DNA of 64,000 nt, taken from assembly GCA_963758635.1 (NCBI GenBank), contig CAVWWD010000003.1, positions 288,001 through 352,000 on the forward strand. The letters run 5' to 3'. The DNA is from an uncultured Candidatus Rokubacteria bacterium (lineage in GTDB: Bacteria > Methylomirabilota > Methylomirabilia > Rokubacteriales > CSP1-6). Positions within the stretch are counted from its first letter, which is position 1; every line of letters begins with the position of its first letter. The notes beneath the pieces were generated by a model that searched no databases, was not told the origin of the DNA, and worked only from the letters and a program-made list of their open reading frames with translations. Made by a program: the position numbers and the translations under genes. Of the stretch, positions 42,410 through 53,182 are shown in pieces.

Positions 42410-43029
42410 TCGCTGTCGTCGACTACGGGCGGGGGAACCTGGGCAGCGTGAGCCAGGCGTTCGCCCGCCTCGGCCTGCCCGCGACCATCACCGAGGACCC
42501 GCGCGTGGTGGCCGACGCGGAGGCGGTGGTGCTCCCGGGCGACGGCGCGTTCCACGACGCCATGGACACCCTGTCGCGCATCGGGCTGGTCGAGCCGATC
42601 CGGGGATGCATCGACGAGGGGCGGCCGTTCCTCGGCATCTGCCTCGGCTACCAGCTCCTGTTCACGGAGAGCGAGGAGTTCGGCCACGGCAAGGGGCTGG
42701 ACGTGATCGCCGGCGCGGTGCGCCGCTTCCCGCCCGGGCCGAAGGTCCCGCACATGGGCTGGAACCAGGTCGAGCACGCGGGCGACGGCCCGCTCTTCGA
42801 CGGCATCCCGAGCGGCGCGTACTTCTACTTCGTGCATTCCTACTACCCGGAGATCGCCGACGCGTCCGTGCGCGTCGCCACGTGCGACTACGGGATCACC
42901 TTCCCGGCGGCGGTGAGCCGCGGCGCGCTGTACGCGACCCAGTTCCACCCGGAGAAGAGCCAGCGCTGGGGGCTCCGGCTCCTCGAGAACTTCGCGGCGG
43001 TCGTCCGCGACCGCCGGGGCCGCGCGTGA
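42406..43029 (+). CDS. hisH: Imidazole glycerol phosphate synthase glutaminase subunit
   Basis: DYGRGNL, LGICLG, VPHMGWN, YFVHSY, QFHPEKS. Confidence 0.97.
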   Translation: MIAVVDYGRGNLGSVSQAFARLGLPATITEDPRVVADAEAVVLPGDGAFHDAMDTLSRIGLVEPIRGCIDEGRPFLGICLGYQLLFTESEEFGHGKGLDVIAGAVRRFPPGPKVPHMGWNQVEHAGDGPLFDGIPSGAYFYFVHSYYPEIADASVRVATCDYGITFPAAVSRGALYATQFHPEKSQRWGLRLLENFAAVVRDRRGRA

Positions 43030-43748
43030 CGTTCACGATCATCCCGGCCATCGACCTGCGCTCCGGCCGCTGCGTGCGCCTGCGCCAGGGCCGCGCGGAG
43101 GACGAGACGGTGTTCTCCGACGACCCCGTGGCGACGGCGCGGCGCTGGCAGTCCGAGGGCGCGGCGCGCCTGCACGTGGTGGACCTCGACGGCGCCTTCG
43201 CGGGCCGCCCGGCGCAGACGGAGCTGGTGCGGTCGATCATCGCGGCGCTCGGCGTCCCGGCGCAGGTGGGCGGCGGCCTGCGCGACGTCCCCGCGGTGGA
43301 GGCGGTGCTGGAGGCGGGGGCGCGCTGGGCCGTGGTGGGCACGCGGGCCGCGCTCGATCCCGCCTTCCTCGGCGAGGTCTGCGGCGCATTCGAGGACCGG
43401 ATCATCGTGGCCGTCGACGCCACCGACGGGCGCGTGGCGGTGGACGGCTGGCGGCGCGTCCTCGACCTCGACGCGACGGCGCTGGCCCGCGACGCGGCGG
43501 CGGCCGGCGCGGCGGCGATCCTCTACACGGACATCGCGCGCGACGGGACCGAGGCGGGGCCCAACCTGTGGAGCACCGAGGCGGTGGCGCGGGCCGCGGG
43601 CATCCCGCTCCTCGCCTCGGGAGGCGTGGGCTCGCTCGAGGACCTCCACCAGCTCGCCAATCTCCAGGGCGTGGAGGGCGTGATCGTCGGCCGCGCGCTC
43701 TACTCCGGGGCCATCGACCTCCGTCGCGCCCAGGCCCAGGTCGGCTAA
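43026..43748 (+). CDS. hisA: ProFAR isomerase
   Basis: [44 protein letters not shown]. Confidence 0.96.
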   Translation: MTFTIIPAIDLRSGRCVRLRQGRAEDETVFSDDPVATARRWQSEGAARLHVVDLDGAFAGRPAQTELVRSIIAALGVPAQVGGGLRDVPAVEAVLEAGARWAVVGTRAALDPAFLGEVCGAFEDRIIVAVDATDGRVAVDGWRRVLDLDATALARDAAAAGAAAILYTDIARDGTEAGPNLWSTEAVARAAGIPLLASGGVGSLEDLHQLANLQGVEGVIVGRALYSGAIDLRRAQAQVG

Positions 43749-43827
43749 TGATCCTCGCGGAATATGGTAACCGCCACGGGCCTCTACCAATCCCACCGCT
43801 CGGCATGAGTCTAATGCGCGAGGCTTA
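43749..43827 (+). mobile_element. Family C MITE-like element
   Basis: TGATCCTCGC...GCGAGGCTTA ends, core GGTAACCGCCACGGGCCTCTAC, TA dinucleotides 1 nt outside each end. Confidence 0.82.
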
Positions 43828-43839
43828 CTAGGGGGCGCG

Positions 43840-44768
43840 ATGCTCGCCAAGCGCGTCATCCCCTGCCTCGACGTCCAGGGCGGCCGCGTCGTCAAGGGCG
43901 TCCGGTTCGTCGAGCTCCGGGACGCCGGCGACCCGGTCGAGGCGGCCCGCGCGTACGACGCGCAGGGCGCCGATGAGCTGGTGTTCCTCGACATCGCGGC
44001 CTCGCACGAGGGGCGCGCCACCATGCTCGACGTCGTGCGCCGGACCGCGGAGGGCGTGTACATGCCGGTGACGGTGGGCGGCGGCGTCGGGAGCCTGGAC
44101 GACGTCCGGACGCTGCTCCGCGCCGGCGCCGACAAGGTCTCGCTGAACACCGCGGCCCTCGCGCGTCCCGAGCTGATCATGGACGCCGCGCGCGCGTTCG
44201 GCAGCCAGTGCATCGTGGTGGCCATCGACGCCAAGCGCGAGGCTGTGGCAGTGCGAAGCGAGCCGAAGGCGAGCGGAGCGCACGTGGCAGTGCGAAGCGA
44301 GCCGAAGGCGAGCGGAGCGCACGTGGCAGTGCGAAGCGAGCCGAAGGCGAGCGGAGCGCACATGGAAATGCCGTGGAAACGACCGGCGGCCGAGGGGAGG
44401 GGCTGGAGCCGCCGCGCTGGGGCGTCTACACGCACGGCGGCCGGCGCCCCGCGGGCCGCGACGCGCTCGCGTGGGCCCGTGAGGTCGAGACGCTCGGCGC
44501 CGGCGAGATCCTGCTGACGAGCATGGACCGCGACGGCACCGGCGCCGGCTACGACCTCGAGCTGACGCGCGCGGTGTCCGAGGCGGTCGGCATTCCCGTG
44601 ATCGCCTCCGGGGGCGCGGGAACGCTGGCCCACCTGGCCGACGGCGTCACCGAGGGCAAGGCGGACGCCGTGCTCGTGGCCTCGATCTTCCACTTCGGGC
44701 AGCACACGGTGGGCGAGGCCAAGCGCTACCTCCGGGAGCGCGGCGTGCCCGTGCGGATCGACACATGA
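43840..44768 (+). CDS. hisF: Imidazole glycerol phosphate synthase cyclase subunit, with repeat insertion and one frameshift near 44395
   Basis: [36 protein letters not shown] in first frame; [34 protein letters not shown] in second frame. Confidence 0.95.
44245..44384 (+). repeat. Family A element, 3 x 39 bp tandem plus 3' end, inside hisF
   Basis: GTGGCAGTGCGAAGCGAGCCGAAGGCGAGCGGAGCGCAC at 44245, 44284 and 44323, then ATGGAAATGCCGTGGAAACGACC. Confidence 0.96.
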
Positions 44769-45424
44769 GCCTGCCCGTCGACCTCGCGTGGGGGCTCGAC
44801 GGGCTCATGCCCGCCGTGGTGCAGGAGGCCGAGACCGGCGAGGTGCTGATGCTCGCGTGGATGGACCGGGGCGCGCTCGAGGCCACGCTCGCCACCGGCG
44901 CCGCGCACTACTGGTCGCGGTCCCGCTGGGGCCCCTGGCGGAAGGGCGAGACGTTCGGGCACGTCCAGCACGTCGACAGCGTGTTCACGGACTGCGACCG
45001 CGACGCGCTGCTGCTCCAGGTCCACCAGGAAGGCGTCGCCTGCCACACCGGCGCCCGCGCGTGCTTCTTCGCGCGTCTGTCCGGCGGCGAGACGCCGGCC
45101 GCGGGCGCGCCGGGCCCCGCCACCCTCGAGGTGGTCGAGCGCGTGGTCCAGTCGCGCAAGGCCGAGCGCCCCCAGGGCTCCTACGTCGCGACCCTCCTCG
45201 AGCGCGGGGAGGCGGTGATCTGCCGCAAGGTCGGCGAGGAGGCCACGGAGGTGATCACCGCGGCGCTGGGCGGCGAGGGCGACGAGCGGCTCGTCTCCGA
45301 GGTCGCCGACCTCTGGTTCCACTGCATGGTCCTCCTCGGTGGCCGGGGCATCCCGCTGAGGCGGGTCTTCGCCGAGCTGGCTCGCCGTCACGCCACGCGC
45401 GGGCCTCACGGTGCCGCGGGCTGA
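44765..45424 (+). CDS. hisIE: Bifunctional PR-AMP cyclohydrolase / PR-ATP pyrophosphatase
   Basis: VLMLAWM, YWSRSR, KGET, DCDRD, ACHTG, then [16 protein letters not shown]. Confidence 0.94.
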   Translation: MSLPVDLAWGLDGLMPAVVQEAETGEVLMLAWMDRGALEATLATGAAHYWSRSRWGPWRKGETFGHVQHVDSVFTDCDRDALLLQVHQEGVACHTGARACFFARLSGGETPAAGAPGPATLEVVERVVQSRKAERPQGSYVATLLERGEAVICRKVGEEATEVITAALGGEGDERLVSEVADLWFHCMVLLGGRGIPLRRVFAELARRHATRGPHGAAG

Positions 45425-45953
45425 CCTGGTCCGGGACAGGCGCCGGCGCGGCGTGGGGCTCGCGCTGGCGTGGGCGGCGCTCGTGGGCGTCGTGGGCTGC
45501 CAGTCGTCCCGGATCGAGGGCGGCGAGTTCCGCTCGGACAAGGGCTACCGCGTCACGCTGCCGGGACCCGCGTGGCGCCCCGACCCCGGCCGTCGCGGCG
45601 AGGCCGACCTCACGCTGACCCGCGAGACGCCGCGCGCGGGCATGCTGGCCGACGCCACGTGCGAGACGCGAGGGACCGACCGCCCCCTGCGCGTGCTCTC
45701 CCGTCAGCTCGTGTTCGGCCTCACCCACCGGAGCGTCGAGCCGCCCGAGCCGGTGACGATCGCCGGCCGCGAGGGCCTGCGCTCGGTGACGCGCGGCGCG
45801 CGCGACGGGACCGAGGTGCAGGTGGAGGCGGTGGTGCTCAAGGACGCGCGCTGCGTGTACGATTTCCTGTACGTGGCCCCGGTGGACGTGTTCGAGGCCG
45901 GCCGGCCGGATTTTCGAGCCTTCGTCGAGAGCTTCCGGAACGATCCACGATGA
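45411..45953 (+). CDS. Hypothetical lipoprotein
   Basis: Basic N-terminus, hydrophobic stretch, lipobox-like VVGC; coupled to mlaE. Confidence 0.6.
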   Translation: MPRADLVRDRRRRGVGLALAWAALVGVVGCQSSRIEGGEFRSDKGYRVTLPGPAWRPDPGRRGEADLTLTRETPRAGMLADATCETRGTDRPLRVLSRQLVFGLTHRSVEPPEPVTIAGREGLRSVTRGARDGTEVQVEAVVLKDARCVYDFLYVAPVDVFEAGRPDFRAFVESFRNDPR

Positions 45954-46744
45954 GCGTGCCGTCGACGACCATGCTGGGCTACCTGCGTGCCCAGGGCCGC
46001 GAGGCGGTGGCGTGGTACGGAGGGCTCGCCCTCCTCTCCGCCCAGGTCGCCCGCAACCTGGCCCTGCCCCCGGCCTACCTCGAGCTGGTGGCCCGCCAGA
46101 TGGACGTGATCGGCGTGCGGTCGGTGGGCGTGGCCCTGGTCGCCGCGCTGTTCACCGGCATGGTCCTGGCCCTCCAGACCGCGGTGAACATGGCCCGGTT
46201 CGGCGCCGAGAACTACGTGGGGCCCGTGGTGGCGCTGTCGATCCTGCGCGAGCTGGGGCCGGTGCTGACCGCGATCCTGGTGGGCGGCAAGATCGCCTCG
46301 GGCATCACCGCCGAGCTGGGGTCGATGCAGGTCACCGAGCAGATCGACGCGCTGCGCGCGCTGGGCGTGAACTACGTCAAGCGGCTGGTGGTGCCGCGGA
46401 TCATCGCCGCGCTGATCGTGTTTCCCCTCGTCACCGTGCTCGCCGACGGCGTCGGGCTCCTGGGCGGCATGCTGGTCGTGGTGTTCGAGCGCGACGTGGA
46501 CCCGTACCTCTACTGGAACACCATCGCCTACTGGGTCGTCATCAAGGACTTCCTGATGGGGGTGGCCAAGAGCGTCGTCTTCGGGATCATCGTGACGCTG
46601 ATCGGCTGCCACAACGGGCTGGACACCGCGGGCGGCACGGAGGGCATCGGACGCTCCACCACCGACACGGTGGTCCAGGTGGCCATGGCCGTGATCATCT
46701 CGGACTTCTTCCTGACCAAGCTGCTCATCTTCCTCTTCTGGTGA
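45950..46744 (+). CDS. mlaE: MlaE-family ABC permease
   Basis: RELGPVLTAIL, AELGSMQVTEQIDALRALG, LVVPR, GGTEGIGRSTT. Confidence 0.92.
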   Translation: MSVPSTTMLGYLRAQGREAVAWYGGLALLSAQVARNLALPPAYLELVARQMDVIGVRSVGVALVAALFTGMVLALQTAVNMARFGAENYVGPVVALSILRELGPVLTAILVGGKIASGITAELGSMQVTEQIDALRALGVNYVKRLVVPRIIAALIVFPLVTVLADGVGLLGGMLVVVFERDVDPYLYWNTIAYWVVIKDFLMGVAKSVVFGIIVTLIGCHNGLDTAGGTEGIGRSTTDTVVQVAMAVIISDFFLTKLLIFLFW

Positions 46745-46745
46745 C

Positions 46746-47490
46746 ATGGCTCCCCTGGTCGAGGTGCGCGAGGTGTGGAAGTCGTTCGACGGCCGGCCCG
46801 TGCTGCGCGGGATCAGCCTCGACCTGGTCAAGGGCACGACGCTCGCGGTGATGGGCGGCAGCGGCAGCGGCAAGACCGTGCTCCTGCGCATCATCGAGGG
46901 CCTGATCCGGCCCGACGCGGGCACGGTGGCGCTCTTCGGCACGCGCATCGACAACATGCGGGAGGAGCAGATGCTCCCCGTGCGGCGGCGCACCGGGTTC
47001 GTGTTCCAGGGCGCGGCGCTGTTCGACTCGATGTCCGTGTTCGAGAACGTCGCCTTCCCGTTGCGCGAGCACACGCGCCTGTCGCTCGGCGAGATCACCG
47101 ACCGCGTGCACCGCTTCCTCGGGCTGGTGGGCCTCTCGGGCCGGGACGACGTGCTCCCCGCGGAGCTGTCCGGCGGGATGCGCAAGCGCGTGGGAATCGC
47201 GCGCGCGCTCGTCACCGAGCCGGAGGTCGTGTTCTTCGACGAGCCCACCGCGGGGCTCGATCCCACCAACGCGCGGCTCGTCGGCGAGCTCATCGCCGAG
47301 CTCCGCGCGGGCGTGGCCGACACCGCCATCGTCGTCACCCACGACATCGAGTTCGCGGACATGGTGGCGGACGCCATGGCCATCCTGTACCACGGCCAGT
47401 TCGCGGCCATCGGCACTCCCGGCGGAGATCCACGCCTCCGGCAACGACGCCGTCCGGAAGTTCCTCGCCGGGGAGCTGCGCGAAGGATGA
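46746..47490 (+). CDS. mlaF: MlaF-family ABC ATPase (frameshift near 47420)
   Basis: GGSGSGKT, FQGAALFDSM, LSGGMRKRV, DEPTAGLDP, VTHD; C-terminus ..VRKFLAGELREG* in shifted frame. Confidence 0.9.
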
Positions 47491-47540
47491 GCGGCGTGGC
47501 GACGCGACGGCCGACGGCCCGTGGGGCACGGGGACGCTGA

Positions 47541-47619
47541 TGAGTCTCGCAGAATACGGTAACCGCCACGGGCCTCTACAATCCCACCTGTGCGGCGTTC
47601 GTCTGACGCGCGAGGCTCA
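47541..47619 (+). mobile_element. Family C MITE-like element
   Basis: TGAGTCTCGC...GCGAGGCTCA terminal inverted repeats; same core as the 43749 copy. Confidence 0.82.
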
Positions 47620-47623
47620 ATAG

Positions 47624-48940
47624 ATGGAACGCGGCATCCTCGCGCTGCGGCTCCGCATCGGCGCCTTCGTGGTGGTGGCGATCGTGGTGTTCCTGGGCAT
47701 CATCTATCTCCTCGGCGCCCAGGCGCGGTACTTCGAGCGGAAGTACGACCTCGTCGCCGAGTTCCCCGAGGTCGGGGGCCTGATCGACGGCGCCACCGTC
47801 CGCCTCGCCGGGGTGCAGATCGGCCGTGTCACGGACGTGCAGCTCGCCCCGCAGGTGGGCGGCAAGGTCCGCGTGACGCTCACGGTGGCCCGCCGGTTCC
47901 AGGACCGGATCCGCAAGAACTCCGAGGCACGGATCGTGACCCAGGGCCTGCTCGGCGACAAGCTGGTCGAGATCAGCCCCGGGTCGCCGGAGTACCCGCC
48001 GCTCGCCCCCGGCAACGTCATCGCGAGCGAGGAGCCGGTCGAGACGAGCCGGATCTTCGGCGAGGCGGCGAAGACCCTGGCCACGGTCAACCGGCTCGCC
48101 GGCGCGGTCCAGGGGATGGTGGAGAAGCTCGAGAAGGCCGGGACGGCGGAGAACCTCGCCGCCACCGTCGAGTCGGCGCGGCGCGTGGCGGCGCAGCTCG
48201 ACGCGATGGGGCGTGACGGCACCTACGGCGAGCTGGCGGCGACCGTGCGATCGGCGCGGCGGATCGCCGAGGAGGTGGAGAAGGGCAAGGGCCTGCTCCA
48301 CGCCCTGGTGTACGACGAGCCGGAGACGCTCCGACGGCTCAACGCGTTGCTCGGGTCCGCCCAGGACGTCCTCGCGCGCACGCGCGACGGCCAGAGCGCG
48401 GTGGGGGTCCTCCTCTCCCCGGACAGCGCCCGGGCCGGACGCTCCCTCGTGATGGCCATGGAGGCGCTCGGCCGTGGGGCCGACAAGGCGAGCCAGGAGG
48501 GCGGGCTCCTGTCCGCGCTCCTGTACGACCCTCAGTACAAGACCGTGGCCGGCGACCTGCAGGTCGTCGCCCGGAACTTCCGCGACGTCTCCGAGCGGCT
48601 CGCCCGCGGGCAGGGGCTGCTCGGCGGGCTCCTGGCCGATCGCGGGGACGGGCCGATGGGCGAGGCGGGCGCCGACTTCGCGCGCGCCATGTCCAACCTG
48701 CGCGTCATCACCGACCGCCTGCGCGCGGGCGAGGGGACGATCGGCGGCCTCCTCGAGGACCCGACCGTCTACGAGAACCTGGCCGCGTTCCTCGAGGGCG
48801 CGCAGCGAAGCTTCCTGCTGCGCACGCTGATCCGCTCGAGCATCGGCGCCGGCGGCGCGCCCACGGGCGGCGCCTCCACCGGGAGCGCGTCGCCCGGGAG
48901 CGCCTCCCCCGGGGCCGCCCCGGGCGCGGGGAAGCAGTGA
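47624..48940 (+). CDS. MlaD/MCE-domain protein with long helical extension
   Basis: N-terminal TM, GGLIDGATVRLAGVQIGRV, TQGLLGDKLVEISPG, repeated G.G.L..L..D helical motifs. Confidence 0.88.
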   Translation: MERGILALRLRIGAFVVVAIVVFLGIIYLLGAQARYFERKYDLVAEFPEVGGLIDGATVRLAGVQIGRVTDVQLAPQVGGKVRVTLTVARRFQDRIRKNSEARIVTQGLLGDKLVEISPGSPEYPPLAPGNVIASEEPVETSRIFGEAAKTLATVNRLAGAVQGMVEKLEKAGTAENLAATVESARRVAAQLDAMGRDGTYGELAATVRSARRIAEEVEKGKGLLHALVYDEPETLRRLNALLGSAQDVLARTRDGQSAVGVLLSPDSARAGRSLVMAMEALGRGADKASQEGGLLSALLYDPQYKTVAGDLQVVARNFRDVSERLARGQGLLGGLLADRGDGPMGEAGADFARAMSNLRVITDRLRAGEGTIGGLLEDPTVYENLAAFLEGAQRSFLLRTLIRSSIGAGGAPTGGASTGSASPGSASPGAAPGAGKQ

Positions 48941-48962
48941 CCCGCGCTTCCGGTCGAGGCTG

Positions 48963-50324
48963 ATGCCCCGCGAGCGATCGGTCTATCGCTGCCAGACCTG
49001 CGGCTTTGCCGCGCCCAAGGCCGGCACCTGCCCGGACTGCGCTCGGCAGGGCAGCTACGTGGCGCTCGTGGAGGAGCGCGTCGCGCCTGCGCGCTCGGCG
49101 CGGCCCGTCGCGCCGACCCGCGAGCGGCCGATCCCGTTCGGCGAGCTCCCGATCGAGGCCGGCGACCGCGCGACCACGGGCATCGGCGAGCTGGACCGCG
49201 TGCTGGGCGGCGGAGTCGTGAAGGGCTCGCTGGTGCTGGTCGGCGGCGATCCCGGCGTGGGGAAGTCCACGCTGCTCCTCGCGGCGAGCCAGGCCCTCGC
49301 CTCGCTCATGGGGCCCGTGCTGTACGTCTCGGGCGAGGAGTCGGCGGGGCAGGTGAAGATGCGCGCGGACCGGCTGGGCGTCGGCGCGGCCACGCTCTAC
49401 TTCCTGGCCGAGACCGATCTCCGCGCGATCGAGGCTCACGTGGCGACGCTCGCGCCGCGCGCCGTCGTGATCGACTCGATCCAGACCATGTTCCTGCCCG
49501 ACCTCGAGTCCGCGCCGGGCAGCGTCAGCCAGGTGCGCGAGTGCGCGGCCCGGCTCATGACGCTCGCGAAGTCGCAGGGCGTGGCCACGTTCCTGGTCGG
49601 GCACGTGACCAAGGACGGGGCGATCGCGGGCCCGCGGGTGCTCGAGCACCTCGTGGACACGGTCCTCTACTTCGAGGGCGAGCGCCATCACGCGTACCGG
49701 GTGCTGCGGGCGGTGAAGAACCGCTTCGGATCGACCAACGAGATCGGCGTGTTCGAGATGGCCGAGAGCGGCCTCCTGGAGGTCCGGAACCCCTCGGGGC
49801 TGTTCCTTTCCGAGCGCCCGCGCGGCGCGCCCGGCTCGGTCGTCGTCGCGAGCCTCGAGGGCACGCGGCCGCTCCTCCTGGAGGTGCAGGCGCTGGTGGC
49901 CCCGTCGAACTTCGGGACGCCGCGGCGGACGGTGCTGGGCGCGGACTACAACCGCGTGTGCCTGCTGCTCGCCGTGCTCGAGAAGCGCGTGGGCCTGCCG
50001 CTCCAGTCGCAGGACGCGTTCGTGAACGTGGCGGGCGGCGGACGCATCACCGAGCCCGCCGCCGACCTCGGCGTGGCCCTGGCCGCGGCGTCGAGCTACC
50101 TGGACCGGCCGCTGCGGGGCGACCTCGTCGTGATGGGCGAGGTCGGGCTCACCGGCGAGGTGCGGGCGGTGACGGCGCTGCCGGCACGGCTGAAGGAGGC
50201 GGCGGCGCTCGGCTTCAGCGGGGCCGTGGTGCCGCAGAACAACCTCGTCGCCGGCGCCGCGTATCCCCTGGAGGTGCAGGGCGTGGCCACGCTCGACGAG
50301 GCGGTCAAGACCCTCCTTGGGTGA
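48963..50324 (+). CDS. radA: DNA repair protein RadA/Sms
   Basis: CQTC/CPDC zinc finger, GDPGVGKST, DSIQT, GHVTKDG, KNRFG, GEVGLTGEVR. Confidence 0.97.
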   Translation: MPRERSVYRCQTCGFAAPKAGTCPDCARQGSYVALVEERVAPARSARPVAPTRERPIPFGELPIEAGDRATTGIGELDRVLGGGVVKGSLVLVGGDPGVGKSTLLLAASQALASLMGPVLYVSGEESAGQVKMRADRLGVGAATLYFLAETDLRAIEAHVATLAPRAVVIDSIQTMFLPDLESAPGSVSQVRECAARLMTLAKSQGVATFLVGHVTKDGAIAGPRVLEHLVDTVLYFEGERHHAYRVLRAVKNRFGSTNEIGVFEMAESGLLEVRNPSGLFLSERPRGAPGSVVVASLEGTRPLLLEVQALVAPSNFGTPRRTVLGADYNRVCLLLAVLEKRVGLPLQSQDAFVNVAGGGRITEPAADLGVALAAASSYLDRPLRGDLVVMGEVGLTGEVRAVTALPARLKEAAALGFSGAVVPQNNLVAGAAYPLEVQGVATLDEAVKTLLG

Positions 50325-50444
50325 CCCCGAGCTCTGGGGCTGATCGGCGAACTCTGGGCGTGGCAAGGCGCGCGTGAACGATTACAATCTGGGCGGGTTG
50401 GCTTGGCTCGAGCGCGTGCCGGGAGTTCCCGCGGAGGGCTTTCG

Positions 50445-51137
50445 GTGACGGGGCGGCGAGCGCTCGCCGTCGCCGTCGTTCCCGCCGGGGGATCGGGCGT
50501 CCGACTCGGGGCCCGGACCCCGAAGCAATACCTCTCACTCCATGGGGTGCCGTTGCTCGTGCGCACGCTCAGAACGCTGGCCCGGACCCCGTGCGTGGAC
50601 GGTCTCGTGGTCGTGGTGCCGCGAGACCGCGTGGCGGCGACGCGCGCGCTCCTCGCGTCCTCCCGGGTGCCGCGCGTGATCGCGGTGGTGCCGGGCGGCG
50701 CGGAGCGGCAGGAGTCGGTGTGGGAAGGGCTCCAGGCCTGTCCGCCGGAGGCGGAATGGATTCTGGTGCACGACGCGGTCCGTCCGTTCGTCACGCCGGA
50801 CCTCGTCGAGGACGTCCTCGCCGCGGCCCGTGAGACCGGCGCCGCCACGTGCGGCCTTCCCGTCCGCGAGACGGTCAAGCGCGCCCGGGACGGCGTCGTG
50901 GAGTCCACGCTCGACCGCGAGGGCCTCTGGCTGATCCAGACGCCGCAGGCGTTCCGGCGGCCGCTCCTCCGGGAGGCCCACGAGCGCGCGCGCCGCGAGG
51001 GGTATCGCGGCACCGACGACGCCGTGCTCGTGGAGCGGCTGGGGAGGCCGGTGGGCATCGTGCCGGGCTCGCCGCAGAACCTGAAGGTCACGACGAGGGA
51101 CGACCTGCGGGTCGCCCGGCTCTGGGCGCGCGGATGA
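50445..51137 (+). CDS. ispD: MEP cytidylyltransferase
   Basis: PAGGSGVRLG..PKQY, GGAERQESV, VHDAVRP, QTPQAF, TDDA, NLKVTT. Confidence 0.95.
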   Translation: MTGRRALAVAVVPAGGSGVRLGARTPKQYLSLHGVPLLVRTLRTLARTPCVDGLVVVVPRDRVAATRALLASSRVPRVIAVVPGGAERQESVWEGLQACPPEAEWILVHDAVRPFVTPDLVEDVLAAARETGAATCGLPVRETVKRARDGVVESTLDREGLWLIQTPQAFRRPLLREAHERARREGYRGTDDAVLVERLGRPVGIVPGSPQNLKVTTRDDLRVARLWARG

Positions 51138-51622
51138 GCCGGATGGGGCTGGGCTTCGACGTGCACCCGTTCGTGGCCGGGCGGCCGCTGGTCCTGGGCG
51201 GCGTCACGGTGCCGTCGCCGCGGGGACTCGACGGGCACTCCGACGCCGACGTGCTCACGCACGCGGTGTGCGAGGCGCTCCTCGGCGCGCTCGCCCTCGG
51301 GGACCTGGGCCGGCTCTTCCCCGACACCGATCCGCGGTACCGCAACGTATCGAGCCTGGCCCTGCTCCGCTCGGTGATCGAGATCGTGCGCGCCAACGGC
51401 GGAGCGCTCGTGAACGTGGACGCCACCGTGGTGTGCCAGTCGCCGCGGCTGGCTCCGTTCCTCCCCGAGATGGCCGTGCGCCTGGCCGAGGCGCTCGGCG
51501 AGGCGCCGGGGCGCGTGAGCGTGAAGGCGAAGAGCCCCGAGCACCTCGGGGCACTCGGGCGTGAAGACGGCATCGCGGCGATGGCGATCGTGTCGGTGCA
51601 CGTCGGCGACCCCGGCCGCTGA
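51134..51622 (+). CDS. ispF: MECDP synthase
   Basis: RMGLGFDVH, LVLGGV, GHSDADVLTHA, GDLGRLFPD, VSVKAK. Confidence 0.95.
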   Translation: MSRMGLGFDVHPFVAGRPLVLGGVTVPSPRGLDGHSDADVLTHAVCEALLGALALGDLGRLFPDTDPRYRNVSSLALLRSVIEIVRANGGALVNVDATVVCQSPRLAPFLPEMAVRLAEALGEAPGRVSVKAKSPEHLGALGREDGIAAMAIVSVHVGDPGR

Positions 51623-51642
51623 CGAGACGGCTTCACCGAGGA

Positions 51643-51735
51643 GTCGTGGATCGACGTTGAGACGGCCGCGCATGTGGACGCTGAATCGCGGTGTTGGCCC
51701 GCACGGTGAGGTCAAGGTCCGCGCTGCTTCACAAC
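51643..51735 (-). mobile_element. Family E MITE-like element (93 bp)
   Basis: Reverse complement GTTGTGAAG..GCGGACCTTGAC..GCGGGCCAACACCGCGATTCAGCGTCCAC..GCCGTCTC..TCCACGAC. Confidence 0.8.
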
Positions 51736-51751
51736 GTCGGAGGAGAGGCTC

Positions 51752-53182
51752 GTGGCGCTCAAGATCTTCAACACGCTGACCCGCAAGAAGGAAGACTTCG
51801 TTCCCCTCGTCGCCGGCGAGGTGAGCATCTACTCGTGCGGGGTCACGGTGTACGACTTCTCGCACGTCGGCCACGCGCGCAAGGAGATCGCCTTCGACGC
51901 GGTCGTCCGCTACCTGCGGTTCAAGGGCTACCGCGTGCGCTTCGTGCGGAACTTCACCGACGTGGACGACCGCATCATCAAGAAGGCCGGGCAGGAGGGC
52001 GTGACCGCGCGCGACGTGTCCGGGCGCTACATCGAGGCCTTCACGCGGGACATGAAGACGCTCGGCGTGATCCCGGCCGACGTCGAGCCCAAGGCCACCG
52101 AGCACGTGCCGCAGATGGTGACGCTGATCGAGGGCCTGGTTCGCGGCGGCTTCGCCTACCCGGTCGACGGCGACGTCTACTACGAGGTGCGGCGGTTCGC
52201 GGAGTACGGCAAGCTCTCGGGCAAGAACCTCGAGGAGCTCCTCGCCGGCGCGCGCGTGGAGGTGGACGAGCGCAAGCGCGACCCGCGCGACTTCGCGCTC
52301 TGGAAGGCGGCGAAGCCGGGGGAGCCGTCGTGGGTGAGCCCGTGGGGGCCGGGGCGCCCGGGCTGGCACATCGAGTGCTCGGCGATGGCCATGCAGTACC
52401 TCGGCAAGACGCTGGACATCCACGGCGGCGGGGAGGACCTGATCTTCCCCCACCACGAGTGCGAGATCGCCCAGTCGGAGGCGGTGACGGGCGAGCCGTT
52501 CGCCCGGGTGTGGATGCACAACGGCATGGTCAACCTGGGCGCCCAGAAGATGTCGAAGTCGCTGGGCAACACCCTCACGATCGAGTCGCTCGCCGCGCGG
52601 CACGATCCCGAGGCCATCCGGCTCTACTTCCTCGGCACGCACTACCGCCACCCGCTGGACTTCGCCGAGGACCGGATCGGCGAGGCGACGCGGGCCCTCG
52701 GCCGGCTGCGCGGGCTCGTCGAGGAAGCCGAGCGCATCGGGGCCCGTGGCACGCCGCCCCCCGGGCCGGACGGCGGCATCTTCGATGAGTGCGCCACCCA
52801 GCGCGCCCGCTTCGAGTCGGCCATGGACGACGACTTCAACACGCCCCAGGCCCTCGGCGTCCTCTTCGACCTGACGCGCCAGCTCCAGACCGCGCGCGCC
52901 GCCCTCGGCGCGGGCCAGGTGGGAGCCGGCGCGTTCCTGATGGGCGTGGGCGAGCTGGTGACGCTGGGCCGTGCCCTCGGCCTGTTGGAGCCGAAGACCC
53001 GGGACGCCGCGCCCGTGGATCCCCAGCTCAAGGCGAAGGTCGAGTCGCTCGTCTGGCTCCGCCAGGAGGCGCGGAAGCAGCGGGACTTCAAGGAAGCGGA
53101 TCGGCTGCGCGAGGAGCTCACCCGGCTGGGGGTCGTGCTCGAGGACACGCGCGACGGCACGACCTGGAAGCTCGGTTCTTGA
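51752..53182 (+). CDS. cysS: Cysteine--tRNA ligase
   Basis: CGVTVYD, HVGH, NFTDVDD, DFALWK, GRPGWHIECS, DIHGGG, KMSKS. Confidence 0.98.
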   Translation: MALKIFNTLTRKKEDFVPLVAGEVSIYSCGVTVYDFSHVGHARKEIAFDAVVRYLRFKGYRVRFVRNFTDVDDRIIKKAGQEGVTARDVSGRYIEAFTRDMKTLGVIPADVEPKATEHVPQMVTLIEGLVRGGFAYPVDGDVYYEVRRFAEYGKLSGKNLEELLAGARVEVDERKRDPRDFALWKAAKPGEPSWVSPWGPGRPGWHIECSAMAMQYLGKTLDIHGGGEDLIFPHHECEIAQSEAVTGEPFARVWMHNGMVNLGAQKMSKSLGNTLTIESLAARHDPEAIRLYFLGTHYRHPLDFAEDRIGEATRALGRLRGLVEEAERIGARGTPPPGPDGGIFDECATQRARFESAMDDDFNTPQALGVLFDLTRQLQTARAALGAGQVGAGAFLMGVGELVTLGRALGLLEPKTRDAAPVDPQLKAKVESLVWLRQEARKQRDFKEADRLREELTRLGVVLEDTRDGTTWKLGS

